In this document: in pieces, positions 11,601 through 21,358 of the stretch
How positions within the stretch are numbered: the stretch's first letter is position 1
Layout: each line of letters starts with the position of its first letter
Source: Candidatus Latescibacterota bacterium
GTDB taxonomy: Bacteria; Latescibacterota; UBA2968; UBA8231
DNA length: 64,000 bases
Assembly: GCA_965217585.1 (NCBI GenBank)
Contig: OZ244561.1
Span: 3,904,001-3,968,000, forward strand
Direction: 5' to 3'
Made by a program: the position numbers and the translations under genes
The notes under the pieces: model-generated
What the model was told of the DNA's origin: nothing
What the model saw: only the letters and a program-made list of their open reading frames with translations
Databases searched by the model: none

Positions 11601-11885
11601 TTGTCGGTCGCGATCCACAACCGAGGTAACGCACCGGCACCACCGACAACGGTGCGCTACTATCTCTCTACCGACTCGACGATCACCAACGACGACACCG
11701 AGGTGGGTACGGGCACGGTGAGCGGATTGGCCGCCCCAAGCACCATTTTCAAATTGATCCGGCTGACAGCACCGCCGAGTCCAGGGACCTACTACTACGG
11801 TGCCTGTGTACAGCCCGTCAGCGGCGAAAGCGATACTCAGAACAACTGCTCTTCAGCTAGCGAGGTCGTTGTAATTTCTCGATGA
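8679..11885 (+). CDS. Secreted multidomain protein: FlgD/secretion-tail-like Ig domain, dockerin-like, two 6-bladed YWTD (LDL-receptor class B) propellers, cadherin-like, CARDB-like
   Basis: Signal peptide; QNYPNPFNP; GDVDANGQVDIFD/GDVNRDGLIDITD; 12 x K(M/I)YWxD...IQRANLDG; NRPPVL..DPEG; C-terminal N.G...YY.ACV..E.DTQNN; AAGGAG before ATG 8679. Confidence 0.85.
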   Translation: MSAWSRQVVKLVTGGLLGLVLLSGRSGAIASEPQLEGWVRLASGQPAAGVQVRLFNLTDPRRSVGTISDEEGYFALAAPRSANARPQGFALLQNYPNPFNPSTIIPYQLPAPTHVRLEVFNVLGQHVATLIDREQVAGWHTATWHGTDAAGRAMAAGLYLYRIRGTGPSETRRMVLVDGPVNAPRAAVAAEPPTRSAAPEPTYGLTVSGRDVVTHVDPDFRAGVGPVEIVVEAQTSATGLAAMKVTTKDRIWGDVDANGQVDIFDALLVGLYSLDPSISIPNDGDISLGDVNRDGLIDITDAYLIATYSVNPTDPSLPAGIGTPVVVVAEGKMYWVDASRIGAKIQRANLDGSQIETLVSTGLQEPTDLALDLVGDKMYWVDQGTGKIQRANLDGSQIETLLAERFDIRSLVLDVAGGKMYWIDAVIGGPKIQRANLDGSQIETLLAAGLRTPRALAIDVAGGKMYWIDAVIGGPKIQRANLDGSQAEAFVVSGLDSPESLVLDLAKSKMYWTDSFTNKIQRANLDGSQIEDLVSTGLDAPSGLALDVVGGKIYWTDVVKDKIQRANLDGSQIEDLVSTGLRVPWDLALELAYMPSEVSVNRPPVLDGIRKQSVAEGDLLRIDLVARDPEGAEVTYEAQSNAPGVATVSVSGRQMTITPVELGVATVAVMASDASGATTTQTFTVKVTAPAPESRGKMYWTDVGTNKIQRANLDGSQIEDLVTAGLDFPSGLALDAARGKMYWIDTGTNKIQRANLDGSQIEDLLSTELNFRQALALDLDGGKMYWTDEWTTRKIQRANLDGSQVEDLLSDRSNPAGLALDLATGKMYWTDTGRSRIVRTNLDGSQIEDLVTRSLNIPQALALDLARGKMYWMDPGTIRIQRANLDGSQVEDLVVTGLDYPDGLALDLAGSKMYWTDAGTNKIQRANLDGTRIEDLVIGLSDPVGLALDILTPDLVAASPSANPPNPAPSQSFTLSVAIHNRGNAPAPPTTVRYYLSTDSTITNDDTEVGTGTVSGLAAPSTIFKLIRLTAPPSPGTYYYGACVQPVSGESDTQNNCSSASEVVVISR
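9670..11525 (+). repeat. Tandem YWTD-coding repeats (about 126-135 bp units, two blocks of six)
   Basis: Recurrent AAGATGTA(C/T)TGG...ATTCAGCG.GC.AACCTCGACGG; 9916-9982 is identical to 10051-10117. Confidence 0.9.
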
Positions 11886-12038
11886 CCATGGCGACACCCG
11901 CTTTGGCTACTGGACATCTATCGACCGGCGATACGGATCACTTCCGCCCTCAATAGACCACCCCATCCTGCCGATCCTCATCCGTACGTTCGGCCAAACG
12001 TGCGTCTCACTCATGCACGAGCTAGACAGAGGTTATTC

Positions 12039-12067
12039 TTGCACAAAAATGATGCGATTTTTATATT
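12039..12067 (+). promoter_or_regulatory. Sigma70-type promoter of groEL
   Basis: TTGCAC-17 bp-TATATT immediately upstream of CIRCE. Confidence 0.65.
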
Positions 12068-12087
12068 CTACTGCTCAGCTTTGTTTT

Positions 12088-12114
12088 TTAGCACTCTCTT
12101 TTTTTGAGTGCCAG
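12088..12114 (+). promoter_or_regulatory. CIRCE element (HrcA operator)
   Basis: TTAGCACTC-N9-GAGTGCCAG versus consensus TTAGCACTC-N9-GAGTGCTAA, upstream of groEL. Confidence 0.92.
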
Positions 12115-12125
12115 CTTTTTTGTAA

Positions 12126-13820
<1,695 letters not shown>

Positions 13821-13839
13821 CCCATTCTCTCGCAAATAG

Positions 13840-13879
13840 AAAAGGCTCGCTGCTTCTTTGGCAGCGAGCCTTTTTTTTT
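13840..13879 (+). terminator. Intrinsic terminator (probably bidirectional) after groEL
   Basis: AAAGGCTCGCTGC-TTCTTTG-GCAGCGAGCCTTT followed by T run. Confidence 0.9.
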
Positions 13880-13889
13880 CTACCCCTTC

Positions 13890-14642
13890 TCACATCCACA
13901 ATCTGTAGAGCAAGGGGTCGCGGAACTGCCCATCTTCTTGGACGGCGTAGTGCAACCCCGGTCTCCGAGATCCACGTCCCTCGTCCAAGAGCGCGATGGA
14001 CTGCCCCTTGAGCACATAGTCCCCCACATCGACGAGCAGGTGAGCGTTGTATCCGTATTGGGTCAGCAGACCATTGCCGTGGTCGAGAATCACTACGTAG
14101 CCGAGGTCTTCTTCGTAGCCCGCTTGCATCACTTGACCCGCAGCACTAGCCCTTACCAAGCTGCCCGCGGCCGCAGCAATAACAACCGAGGGGTGCTCCT
14201 CGCTAAAGGGCCTATACACTGGCCCGCGCAACGGCCACAAGGTGGGGACGGTATGCACATGGCCCCAACACAGCCGCTGCATGGAGGAGATATAAGGGGA
14301 AGCGGCGCGGCGCTGCACCGCCGCCTCGTCTAAGGCCTCGGGCTTGCCTAAGATGGCGCGCAACTGATCGTTGCCGCGCTTGAGCCGGACCAGCATTTCT
14401 TCGAGCTGATCTATCTGGCCTACTTGCTCTTCGAGCAGGGCCTTGTCCTGCTCGAGCTGTGCCGCCTTCTGCGTTAGCTCGCGCCTGTCGAGATAGGAGC
14501 TAAGCCCCACGGGTATGAACACAAGCAAGGCGACGCAGCACAACCCCAACAACCACACGCGTGTGCCGGAGATCTTAAACTCAAAGGTCTTGCGACCCTT
14601 TTCCGGAATGATGATTACGGTAATGTTACTGCGCTTGAACAT
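13890..14642 (-). CDS. Membrane-anchored coiled-coil M23/LytM-domain protein, probably catalytically inactive
   Basis: TM helix, coiled coil, PTLWPLRG, V.A.A.G.V, VILDHGNG, VGDYV.KGQ.I, LHY. Confidence 0.8.
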   Translation of the reverse strand: MFKRSNITVIIIPEKGRKTFEFKISGTRVWLLGLCCVALLVFIPVGLSSYLDRRELTQKAAQLEQDKALLEEQVGQIDQLEEMLVRLKRGNDQLRAILGKPEALDEAAVQRRAASPYISSMQRLCWGHVHTVPTLWPLRGPVYRPFSEEHPSVVIAAAAGSLVRASAAGQVMQAGYEEDLGYVVILDHGNGLLTQYGYNAHLLVDVGDYVLKGQSIALLDEGRGSRRPGLHYAVQEDGQFRDPLLYRLWM

Positions 14643-14860
14643 CTGTGTCTTCGCCCGCGACAAAACTTCGGCTATTTTTCCAAGTCAATATATCCTCGAC
14701 AACCATAAATAATAATAATACCAATAGTTCCTCCACGCGCTCCCATAAAGCCGAAGCGCGCCGGTCCGTTTTCGCTTGTAGGGTGAAGCAACCCTAAATT
14801 CAATATATTTTATATCCGACGCTTAAGCCGCGCTTTTCCCTTAAAAAAAACAGATCGCCC

Positions 14861-17170
14861 GTGTCGCCATTCCGCCTCTTGCCCTTAGCACTGTGCATGC
14901 TCGTGCCATTCAGCAGCCCCGTTCGTTCCGAGCGGCTAGTTATGACTTCGGCAGATATATGGGAAAACTGGGTGTATCCCGCCGGCGCCCTGCGCCTAGA
15001 CGAAGCAGGCTTGTTGCGGCCGGTGCGGGTCGGCAAAGACATTGATCCGCTCTCTGAGGCTGCTGTTCGTGGGGCCGGAGCGGCACAATCCACTGCTGCC
15101 CGCGCCTTTGACGGCGATCTCGCCACTAGCTGGAATCCACCGCCGGGCACGGCCCCAAAGGACTGGTGGCTCGAGATCGACTTGGGGCAGGTGTTTCCCG
15201 TCCAACAGATTCGCCTGCGCTTTGCCGACAGCGCGCCGCCCTTGCCCTTTTTTACCCTCTCACTCTCCAAGGGCGAGCGCTTTATCAACAGCGCCAACGT
15301 CGTCGTCGAAGGAACCCTAATCTACAGCCACAGCAGGCGCTTTGCCTTCAACGAGGAGCGCGACGTGACGATTGACCTCGACGACGAACTCGTTCAAAGT
15401 CTCCGCATCGAGGCCACTCGCGAAATGACCGGTGCGCCTGCGCTCGCCGAAATCCAAATCAAGGCCTTTGGCGACAATATCGCCTTTGACCTGATTGCCA
15501 AAGGCGGCAGCGCCGATGTCGAGGCTGCCGTCGTCGCCGTGGCTGGCGTTCCTTCCGTCATGTTCGACGGCGACCTCTCGACCATGTGGCGCGTCAACCC
15601 CCTTGCCAAAGGCTACAGCGGCAGCAGCGCGACCTTCGGCGATTACCGCATTGATCTAGGGGCGACCTACTGGATCGATGCGGTCTGGCTCTTGGGTGAG
15701 CCGCTGGGCATTCCGCCGCGGGTGCGGCATCACTACGCCAACTTCCTCTCCTATCAGATGCAGTACTCCGACGGCTCGCTGGCACCCGACGGCTCGCTGG
15801 CCTGGCAGGCGTTGGCCTCCATTCCCTTCGACCCCCGCAACCTCTTCGATGTACGCAACTTTCGCCACGATGTCCCCCTACTCGCCGCCCGCTACCTGCG
15901 TTTGATCTATCCCACTAGCCATGGTGGCAACATCATCGGCGGCGGCCGATCTGGCAGCGATCTCGCCAACACCGGTCGCTTGGATGGGCTGGGCCTAGTT
16001 AGCGAGTTCCAAGTGTACGGCGAGGGATATCCAGCCCGCGTCGTCCTGCGCTCGCCTGTTATCGACCTCGGCACCAATTGGAATATTACGGCGATCGAGT
16101 GGAAAATTGACGCGCCGCTCGGGGCCCAATTCGCCTTGCGCAGCCGCACCGGCGACCACGTCGTCGAGGAGATGCGCTATTTCGACAAAAACGGCAAAGA
16201 GATTACCAAAAGGCGCTACGAAAAGCTGATCGCCTCGTTCCGCGGCCCCATCGAAACCACGCTCCAACCCGGCGATGGCTGGAGCGTGTGGAGCGAGGAG
16301 TACATCCATACAGGCACCCGCTTCCGCTCGCCGTCGCCTCGACGCTACGTCCAGCTCGAAGCCGAACTGCGCGCCGACAACCCGCAGTCTGGCATTGCCC
16401 TCGACGCGCTTATGTTGATCTACTCCCGTCCTTTGGCGCGCACCGCCGTCGGCGAAGTCCACCCGACGCGAGTTGAGCCAGGAGAGCAAACCGACTTCAC
16501 GTACTTCCTCCGCCCAGAATTCGCCCGCGACAGCCAAGGCTTTGAGGCCATCGCCCTCGAAGCCTCGGTGCCTCTTGCGTTCCGCGCCCTGCAAATCGAC
16601 GGCGCGGCAATCAACGCCGAGGTGGAAAAGACGAATGCGGGCCTCCGCCTGCACTTGCCCAAGCGGATCGCAGCCGCCGAGCGCGTCGAGCTAGGTTTCG
16701 CCGCCACGGTCTTCCAAAACAATACCCGCTTCCGCGCCTTTCTAGAGCGCGAAAGCGGGCTTGACACGCTGCGTCAGCAGGTCGATCCAGGCGATGCAGT
16801 TCCTGATTTAGAGGGAGCAGGCGATGCGGTCTCACTGCCCGTGGACGGCAGCTTACTCACGCGCCTAGACCTAGGCGCGGGGATTTTTACCCCCAACGGC
16901 GACGGCGTCAACGACGCGCTCGCCATCTCTTTCGACGTGCTCAAGGTCCTAGACGCCCGCCCCATTGAAGCCCGCATCTACGACCTGCGCGGCCGGCTAG
17001 TCCGCACGCTGCGAGACGCCGCCGGCGTGGCAGGCCACTACCAGCTAACTTGGGACGGCCGCCGCGACTCCGGCGCGATGGCCCGGCCCGGCCTCTACCT
17101 CTTCCGCGTGCAGATCGCTGGCGACTCCGCCACCCACACCTTGGTCCGCAGCATCGGCCTGAGCTACTAA
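14861..17170 (+). CDS. Large secreted protein, discoidin-like domains plus C-terminal FlgD Ig-like domain
   Basis: Signal peptide; AFDGDLATSW, WWLEIDLG; FTPNGDGVND..WDGR..PGLY. Confidence 0.82.
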   Translation: MSPFRLLPLALCMLVPFSSPVRSERLVMTSADIWENWVYPAGALRLDEAGLLRPVRVGKDIDPLSEAAVRGAGAAQSTAARAFDGDLATSWNPPPGTAPKDWWLEIDLGQVFPVQQIRLRFADSAPPLPFFTLSLSKGERFINSANVVVEGTLIYSHSRRFAFNEERDVTIDLDDELVQSLRIEATREMTGAPALAEIQIKAFGDNIAFDLIAKGGSADVEAAVVAVAGVPSVMFDGDLSTMWRVNPLAKGYSGSSATFGDYRIDLGATYWIDAVWLLGEPLGIPPRVRHHYANFLSYQMQYSDGSLAPDGSLAWQALASIPFDPRNLFDVRNFRHDVPLLAARYLRLIYPTSHGGNIIGGGRSGSDLANTGRLDGLGLVSEFQVYGEGYPARVVLRSPVIDLGTNWNITAIEWKIDAPLGAQFALRSRTGDHVVEEMRYFDKNGKEITKRRYEKLIASFRGPIETTLQPGDGWSVWSEEYIHTGTRFRSPSPRRYVQLEAELRADNPQSGIALDALMLIYSRPLARTAVGEVHPTRVEPGEQTDFTYFLRPEFARDSQGFEAIALEASVPLAFRALQIDGAAINAEVEKTNAGLRLHLPKRIAAAERVELGFAATVFQNNTRFRAFLERESGLDTLRQQVDPGDAVPDLEGAGDAVSLPVDGSLLTRLDLGAGIFTPNGDGVNDALAISFDVLKVLDARPIEARIYDLRGRLVRTLRDAAGVAGHYQLTWDGRRDSGAMARPGLYLFRVQIAGDSATHTLVRSIGLSY

Positions 17171-17727
17171 ATGCCTAGCTGGCGCATCAGCGCCCCGTGC
17201 GAGCCACCATGTAGTTCGGGCCGCATATAGACCTTGCGCACGTAGTCGAGCCCGCCGGACAAATGCTCGAATTGCTCCTCTAAGGCACCAAAGAGCCGCG
17301 CTTGCGACACGGAACCGAGCTGCGCCAGTTCGGCTGCTGCCCCATAAGCCCTTCTTCCCTGCTCCAAGTAGTAGCCACCAAGTCCCTGCCGCTCGACCCA
17401 TGTGCGGAAAAGCCCGCTGGTAAAAAGCGCGTAGTCGCCCACGTGCCGGCGGATATCCATCTCGCGGTCGAAGGACCAACGCCGCTCTGGTTGCCGCTGA
17501 CGCCCGAGTTCCACCAGCATCTCGGCGATGGTTTCAAGTGGTTGGCCACGCAAATCGCGGATGCGGTAGAGCTGATCGGTCCGGGCAAAGCTCGTTAGCA
17601 AATCAACGACGTATTCGACCACTTCGCGGTCGGCAATGCCCAACGAAGTAAACCCGGGGAAGACTAGGCGCTGGAAGAAAGATCGCAGCCCGGACGGAGA
17701 GATCGGCTTTGTGATGCGAGGCGGCAT
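17167..17727 (-). CDS. Hypothetical protein (186 aa)
   Basis: Clean ORF with globular helical composition (YVVDLL..F, RHVGDYALF.SG.F, YYLEQGRRAY). Confidence 0.7.
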   Translation of the reverse strand: MPPRITKPISPSGLRSFFQRLVFPGFTSLGIADREVVEYVVDLLTSFARTDQLYRIRDLRGQPLETIAEMLVELGRQRQPERRWSFDREMDIRRHVGDYALFTSGLFRTWVERQGLGGYYLEQGRRAYGAAAELAQLGSVSQARLFGALEEQFEHLSGGLDYVRKVYMRPELHGGSHGALMRQLGI

Positions 17728-17760
17728 ATCGTATTAAAGACGTTCAGTTCAGAATGTACT

Positions 17761-18290
17761 TTAGAAGGTTGTATTGGTCATAAGGTAAGCAAAGGTCATA
17801 TCCCCGTTCCAGTCCTCAATCGAATCCTTGTAACGAGTAACGCTGGTCATGCTGTCGTCGGCTATCACTCGCGAAAGTCCGGCGACTACGGCAAAGCCGG
17901 GACGGTATTTGTAGGTAAGCGTCAAATCGACTTCCTCGCCCAAATGGCTCGATTCCAAGTCCCCCTTTTGCGCTGTGAGGAAAGAGTGCCCGTGGATTCC
18001 AAGGGATGCCTGGTCACTCAACGGCAACGCCGCCTTGAAGGCCAAGTCCTGCAGCCCCAGCCCTCCAGTGTGGACCAGGATATTGAGAAACGGTAGGAGA
18101 ACGCCATCTTTTTGCCCGCTAGACGCACGCCCATAGTGACCTGATCGGTGTCCTTGGCTCCGTCCTTGTTGTAGAGCGCGTAGAGGTCCAAGCTGCCGGA
18201 CGGCAGTTGGTCTAAGGTCGCGTACGCACCCGTCAAATAGGCGTCGTCGGAAAACTGCGTCGAATCCGCCTCGGTCACTTGAATCGCCGG
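17761..18290 (-). pseudogene. Remnant of outer-membrane beta-barrel (alginate-export family-like), 5'-truncated with internal deletion/frameshift near 18088
   Basis: One frame gives YLTGAYATL..LDLYALY..TMGVRLAG; another gives GLQDL..LGEEVDLTLTYKY..AYLMTNTTF* (C-terminal Phe); no signal peptide. Confidence 0.6.
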
Positions 18291-18427
18291 CGGAATAGAT
18301 TGCAAGACGCACGGCGTTCCCCCAACGTAAAGGTGGCATAGATACGGATAAGTTAAACCGCGAATCTCGATCAAGCTACTTGCTTTTTATGGGTGGTTGC
18401 GTCTAGATAATGCAGCGCACCCAGCGC

Positions 18428-18745
18428 TTAGCGCAGCAGCCGTTCGCTAAACAGCGTCCGCGCTAGAGCGCGCACGTCCCGCTCACCAGCCAAATGGGTC
18501 TGCCCCACCGACACCAGCACCACCTCGACCTCCCCAAGCCCTACCCGATAGACGATGCGGAACCAGCCGCCCGGCGGACGCAGGCAGCGATAATCCCTTA
18601 ACTCGCCGACCAAGGGCCAGCCCTGTTCCTCGGGGTCAATTGCCAGCCCGGTGATGTATTGGTCCACTTGCTCGGCGATCCGCCGGTTGAGCAAACCTTG
18701 CCGCGACTCTAAGGCGCGCTGCGCCAAGACGACGCGAAACATCAT
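18428..18745 (-). CDS. RelE/ParE-family toxin
   Basis: L..DPEEQG.PL.GELRDYR.LR...FRIVYRV...VEVVLV; ATG overlaps antitoxin stop (ATGA). Confidence 0.8.
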   Translation of the reverse strand: MMFRVVLAQRALESRQGLLNRRIAEQVDQYITGLAIDPEEQGWPLVGELRDYRCLRPPGGWFRIVYRVGLGEVEVVLVSVGQTHLAGERDVRALARTLFSERLLR

Positions 18746-18999
18746 TGCGCCTCCCAAACAGCGCGCTCGCCCGCCTCAATCTGGCGGATGCCTTCGCGCA
18801 GCGCGGCACATTGGGCCTCGTCGCCGAGCACCTCTAAGGTTTCGACAATGCCCTGGTAAAGCGACCACGGCATCAGCGCGAGTATCGGCTGGCCGCGGCG
18901 CGTTACAGCGAGGGCACTCGCTTCGGGTTCGGCGGCGAAGCGATCAGGCAATTGATTCAGGACTTTGCGGGCTTCGGCGATGGGCATGGATTGGAGCAT
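18742..18999 (-). CDS. Phd/YefM-family antitoxin
   Basis: IAEARKVL..L, AVTRRGQP...LM...Y..IVETLEVL; GAGG RBS. Confidence 0.88.
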   Translation of the reverse strand: MLQSMPIAEARKVLNQLPDRFAAEPEASALAVTRRGQPILALMPWSLYQGIVETLEVLGDEAQCAALREGIRQIEAGERAVWEAQ

Positions 19000-19011
19000 A
19001 TTTCCTCTCTT

Positions 19012-19039
19012 GTACCGTATAGGGTACTAAATTGAGTAC
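19012..19039. promoter_or_regulatory. Probable TA operator: GTAC-N8-GTAC-N8-GTAC
   Basis: GTAC at 19012, 19024, 19036 (12-bp period) directly upstream of antitoxin. Confidence 0.65.
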
Positions 19040-19172
19040 TCTTGGCGACGGTCTGGTTGGCCCATAATTGTAGAATTTCTCCGTGAATCTGCAAGAGCGT
19101 GGAAATTGCCAATGAATAACCTATTGATAATACTCTGCATATGAGAATCTTGAAAAAGGCACGCAATTGTGC

Positions 19173-19200
19173 GTACATTTAACGGTACTAAAAAGCGTAC
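19173..19200. promoter_or_regulatory. Second GTAC-N8-GTAC-N8-GTAC array
   Basis: GTAC at 19173, 19185, 19197; shares GGTACTAAA core with first array. Confidence 0.5.
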
Positions 19201-19343
19201 TTTAATGCAAAGCTAAATTTTCAATCAGACGCGACGGGATTCCGGCTGCGATCTGCTGCGATGTGGGCCGCTTTTTTGGCTGCAATAATAGTGCGTTTAC
19301 TTCCCCGTTGGCATTCCCTTTTCCCGCGCTTATATTTCCGCGC

Positions 19344-20207
19344 ATGTCCGACGGCGAATTCATCCGGCCCTTTCCCGCGCTCACCTCCGCCCAGCGCTAT
19401 CACCTCGAAGTCTATGGCTATGTGGTGATTGAAAACGCGCTCGAGCAAGACCTGACGGATCGCCTGCTAGAGGCCATGCTCCGGCTCAAAAGCGATCTCC
19501 TGTCCTCCACGGATCCAGCTAAAGCCCGCGTCCGCAATTGCCGTCTCGCCGCCTATCGGCCTCACTACCTGCACTTTGCTCATATCCTCGAAGCCGATCC
19601 TGCGATCTTCGAATACCTGACTCATCCTCGCTTGGTCGGCATGGCCGAGGAGCTAGTTGGCGGCAGCGTGCGCCTCGAAGAATCCGAGGCCGTCGTCAAC
19701 GAGCGAGACCCGGAAATCGACCTCGCTGCCGCGCCGCGCTACGGCTTCCACACCGGCACCACCCCAGACGTGGGCACGTACGTCGAAAACGGCCTCTACC
19801 ACTGCACCTTTGTCAAAACCCTGACCAACCTCACGGAGCTAGGCCCAGACGACGGCGGCACCGTGGTCATCGCCGGCAGCCACAAGGTCAAAAGCGACCG
19901 CGAGCCCATCATCGCGGCGGCTTACGAGGATCCCACGCTGATCCACCAAGTGATCGCGCCCGCCGGATCAACCCTGCTCTTTGGCGAAGCTCTGATCCAC
20001 GCCACCGGCCAGATCCGCTCCGACCGCGAGCGCGTCATCGTCATCGGTGGCTATACCCCGCCGATGTTCCAAGCTTGGAACGGCCAAGAGCCGAGCGCTG
20101 AATTCATCGCCCAAACGCCCGAACCCCTCAAGCCGCTCCTTTCCGGCAGCGACAAGTGGAGCTGGCAGCAGCGCCGTCGCCGCCTCGACATGCCGGTCGC
20201 CTCGTGA
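19344..20207 (+). CDS. PhyH-family Fe/2OG enzyme with HxG in place of HxD
   Basis: GYVVIENAL, FHTG, DGGTVVIAGSHK, AGSTLLF.EALIH..R; start at ATG 19344. Confidence 0.85.
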   Translation: MSDGEFIRPFPALTSAQRYHLEVYGYVVIENALEQDLTDRLLEAMLRLKSDLLSSTDPAKARVRNCRLAAYRPHYLHFAHILEADPAIFEYLTHPRLVGMAEELVGGSVRLEESEAVVNERDPEIDLAAAPRYGFHTGTTPDVGTYVENGLYHCTFVKTLTNLTELGPDDGGTVVIAGSHKVKSDREPIIAAAYEDPTLIHQVIAPAGSTLLFGEALIHATGQIRSDRERVIVIGGYTPPMFQAWNGQEPSAEFIAQTPEPLKPLLSGSDKWSWQQRRRRLDMPVAS

Positions 20208-20458
20208 GTCTTTGCTGGCCGTGACCCAACTCGCCTTTGGGTTAGCCAAAATTGGTCGGTAAAAGGGAACAACGCCAAGACAATATCGCCGAAACTAAAT
20301 TATCCCAGACTCGACTAACGCTGGCCTTAGCAGTAGAAAAATCTGAGCGGGAGAGCGTCTCTCCCATCTTCCCAGCGGCACCATCGGACCGCGTGGGTTT
20401 TAGCTGCTAAGTGCGCTTGAATTCCAACTTTACTTGGACCCCGTCTCGCCGTGGGGCA

Positions 20459-21358
20459 TCAGCGAGCATCAACAGGCTTTGCGCCGCCTTCGGAATTGCC
20501 CTGCTCCAAGACCTGCGAGCTGACAAGCTCGATAATCTGCGGCAGTGTCATAGCGCCAATACGTCGGGCCTCGCGCAACAAGAGTAGCGCGGCGACGGTC
20601 GCATCCGCGCTCGCCGCAACCCGTTGCAAGTTCTCCCGGATGGTTCGAGGCAGGGTATCCCCAATGGCTTCCAGAAGATCGGACTCGATTCGTTGTTCAA
20701 GGACGCGCTCTCGTTCGTTTTCGTCGGCTTCGGACAGGACTCTGCGCCATTCCTCGAGATGCTTTGAGCGGATTTCCAGCAGGTCAAGCCCTGGATTGCC
20801 CAACCGAGCGGCACACTCCTCAACTATCGGATCGAACCGATGAGCTTCCCAGACTAGATCAATGCGCCCCCTGAGGTCGGCGACGAGCCTTGGGCCATCC
20901 TCCGGGTCGTCGAGTAGGTCGCAGGCTTCAATTGCGCCATTGAGTGCCTCTTGAAGTCTGCCGGCAAGATAGATGCAGCAATCGCAGTAGTGAGCGGCAC
21001 TGTCTGGCGAGCCTCGCCCGCACGCCTCCTTGAACCAACGATGAACAAAGGCATACGTTTTCTGATCCCGTTTCTTGCTAATGTCTAAGTTGTGAGCCAC
21101 GTAGGTTCGCAAAGTGGACATTTCGTTGCGGAGTGAACTATTGGCCTTTAGCGGCGGCAACTTCGTGAGAAACGCGAGCGTGATCTTTGCCGCTTCGTTG
21201 ACAAGCGCATATCCCCAGATGACTAAGCGATAGAATGCCAGTTCGTCGCTAAAATCGGATGGCAACGGCAGCGAGATTTCGGCACAACCGTTTGGCGAGT
21301 GGATGGAGACGCGAGTGCGGAGTGTTTGGTACAGGTTGCTGAGTTCAATCGGAGTCAT
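20459..21358 (-). CDS. Hypothetical helical protein with HEPN-like R-x4-H motif
   Basis: 299-aa ORF; N-E-x3-L-R-T-Y-V-A-H-N; start overlaps upstream stop (ATGA 21355-21358). Confidence 0.7.
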   Translation of the reverse strand: MTPIELSNLYQTLRTRVSIHSPNGCAEISLPLPSDFSDELAFYRLVIWGYALVNEAAKITLAFLTKLPPLKANSSLRNEMSTLRTYVAHNLDISKKRDQKTYAFVHRWFKEACGRGSPDSAAHYCDCCIYLAGRLQEALNGAIEACDLLDDPEDGPRLVADLRGRIDLVWEAHRFDPIVEECAARLGNPGLDLLEIRSKHLEEWRRVLSEADENERERVLEQRIESDLLEAIGDTLPRTIRENLQRVAASADATVAALLLLREARRIGAMTLPQIIELVSSQVLEQGNSEGGAKPVDAR

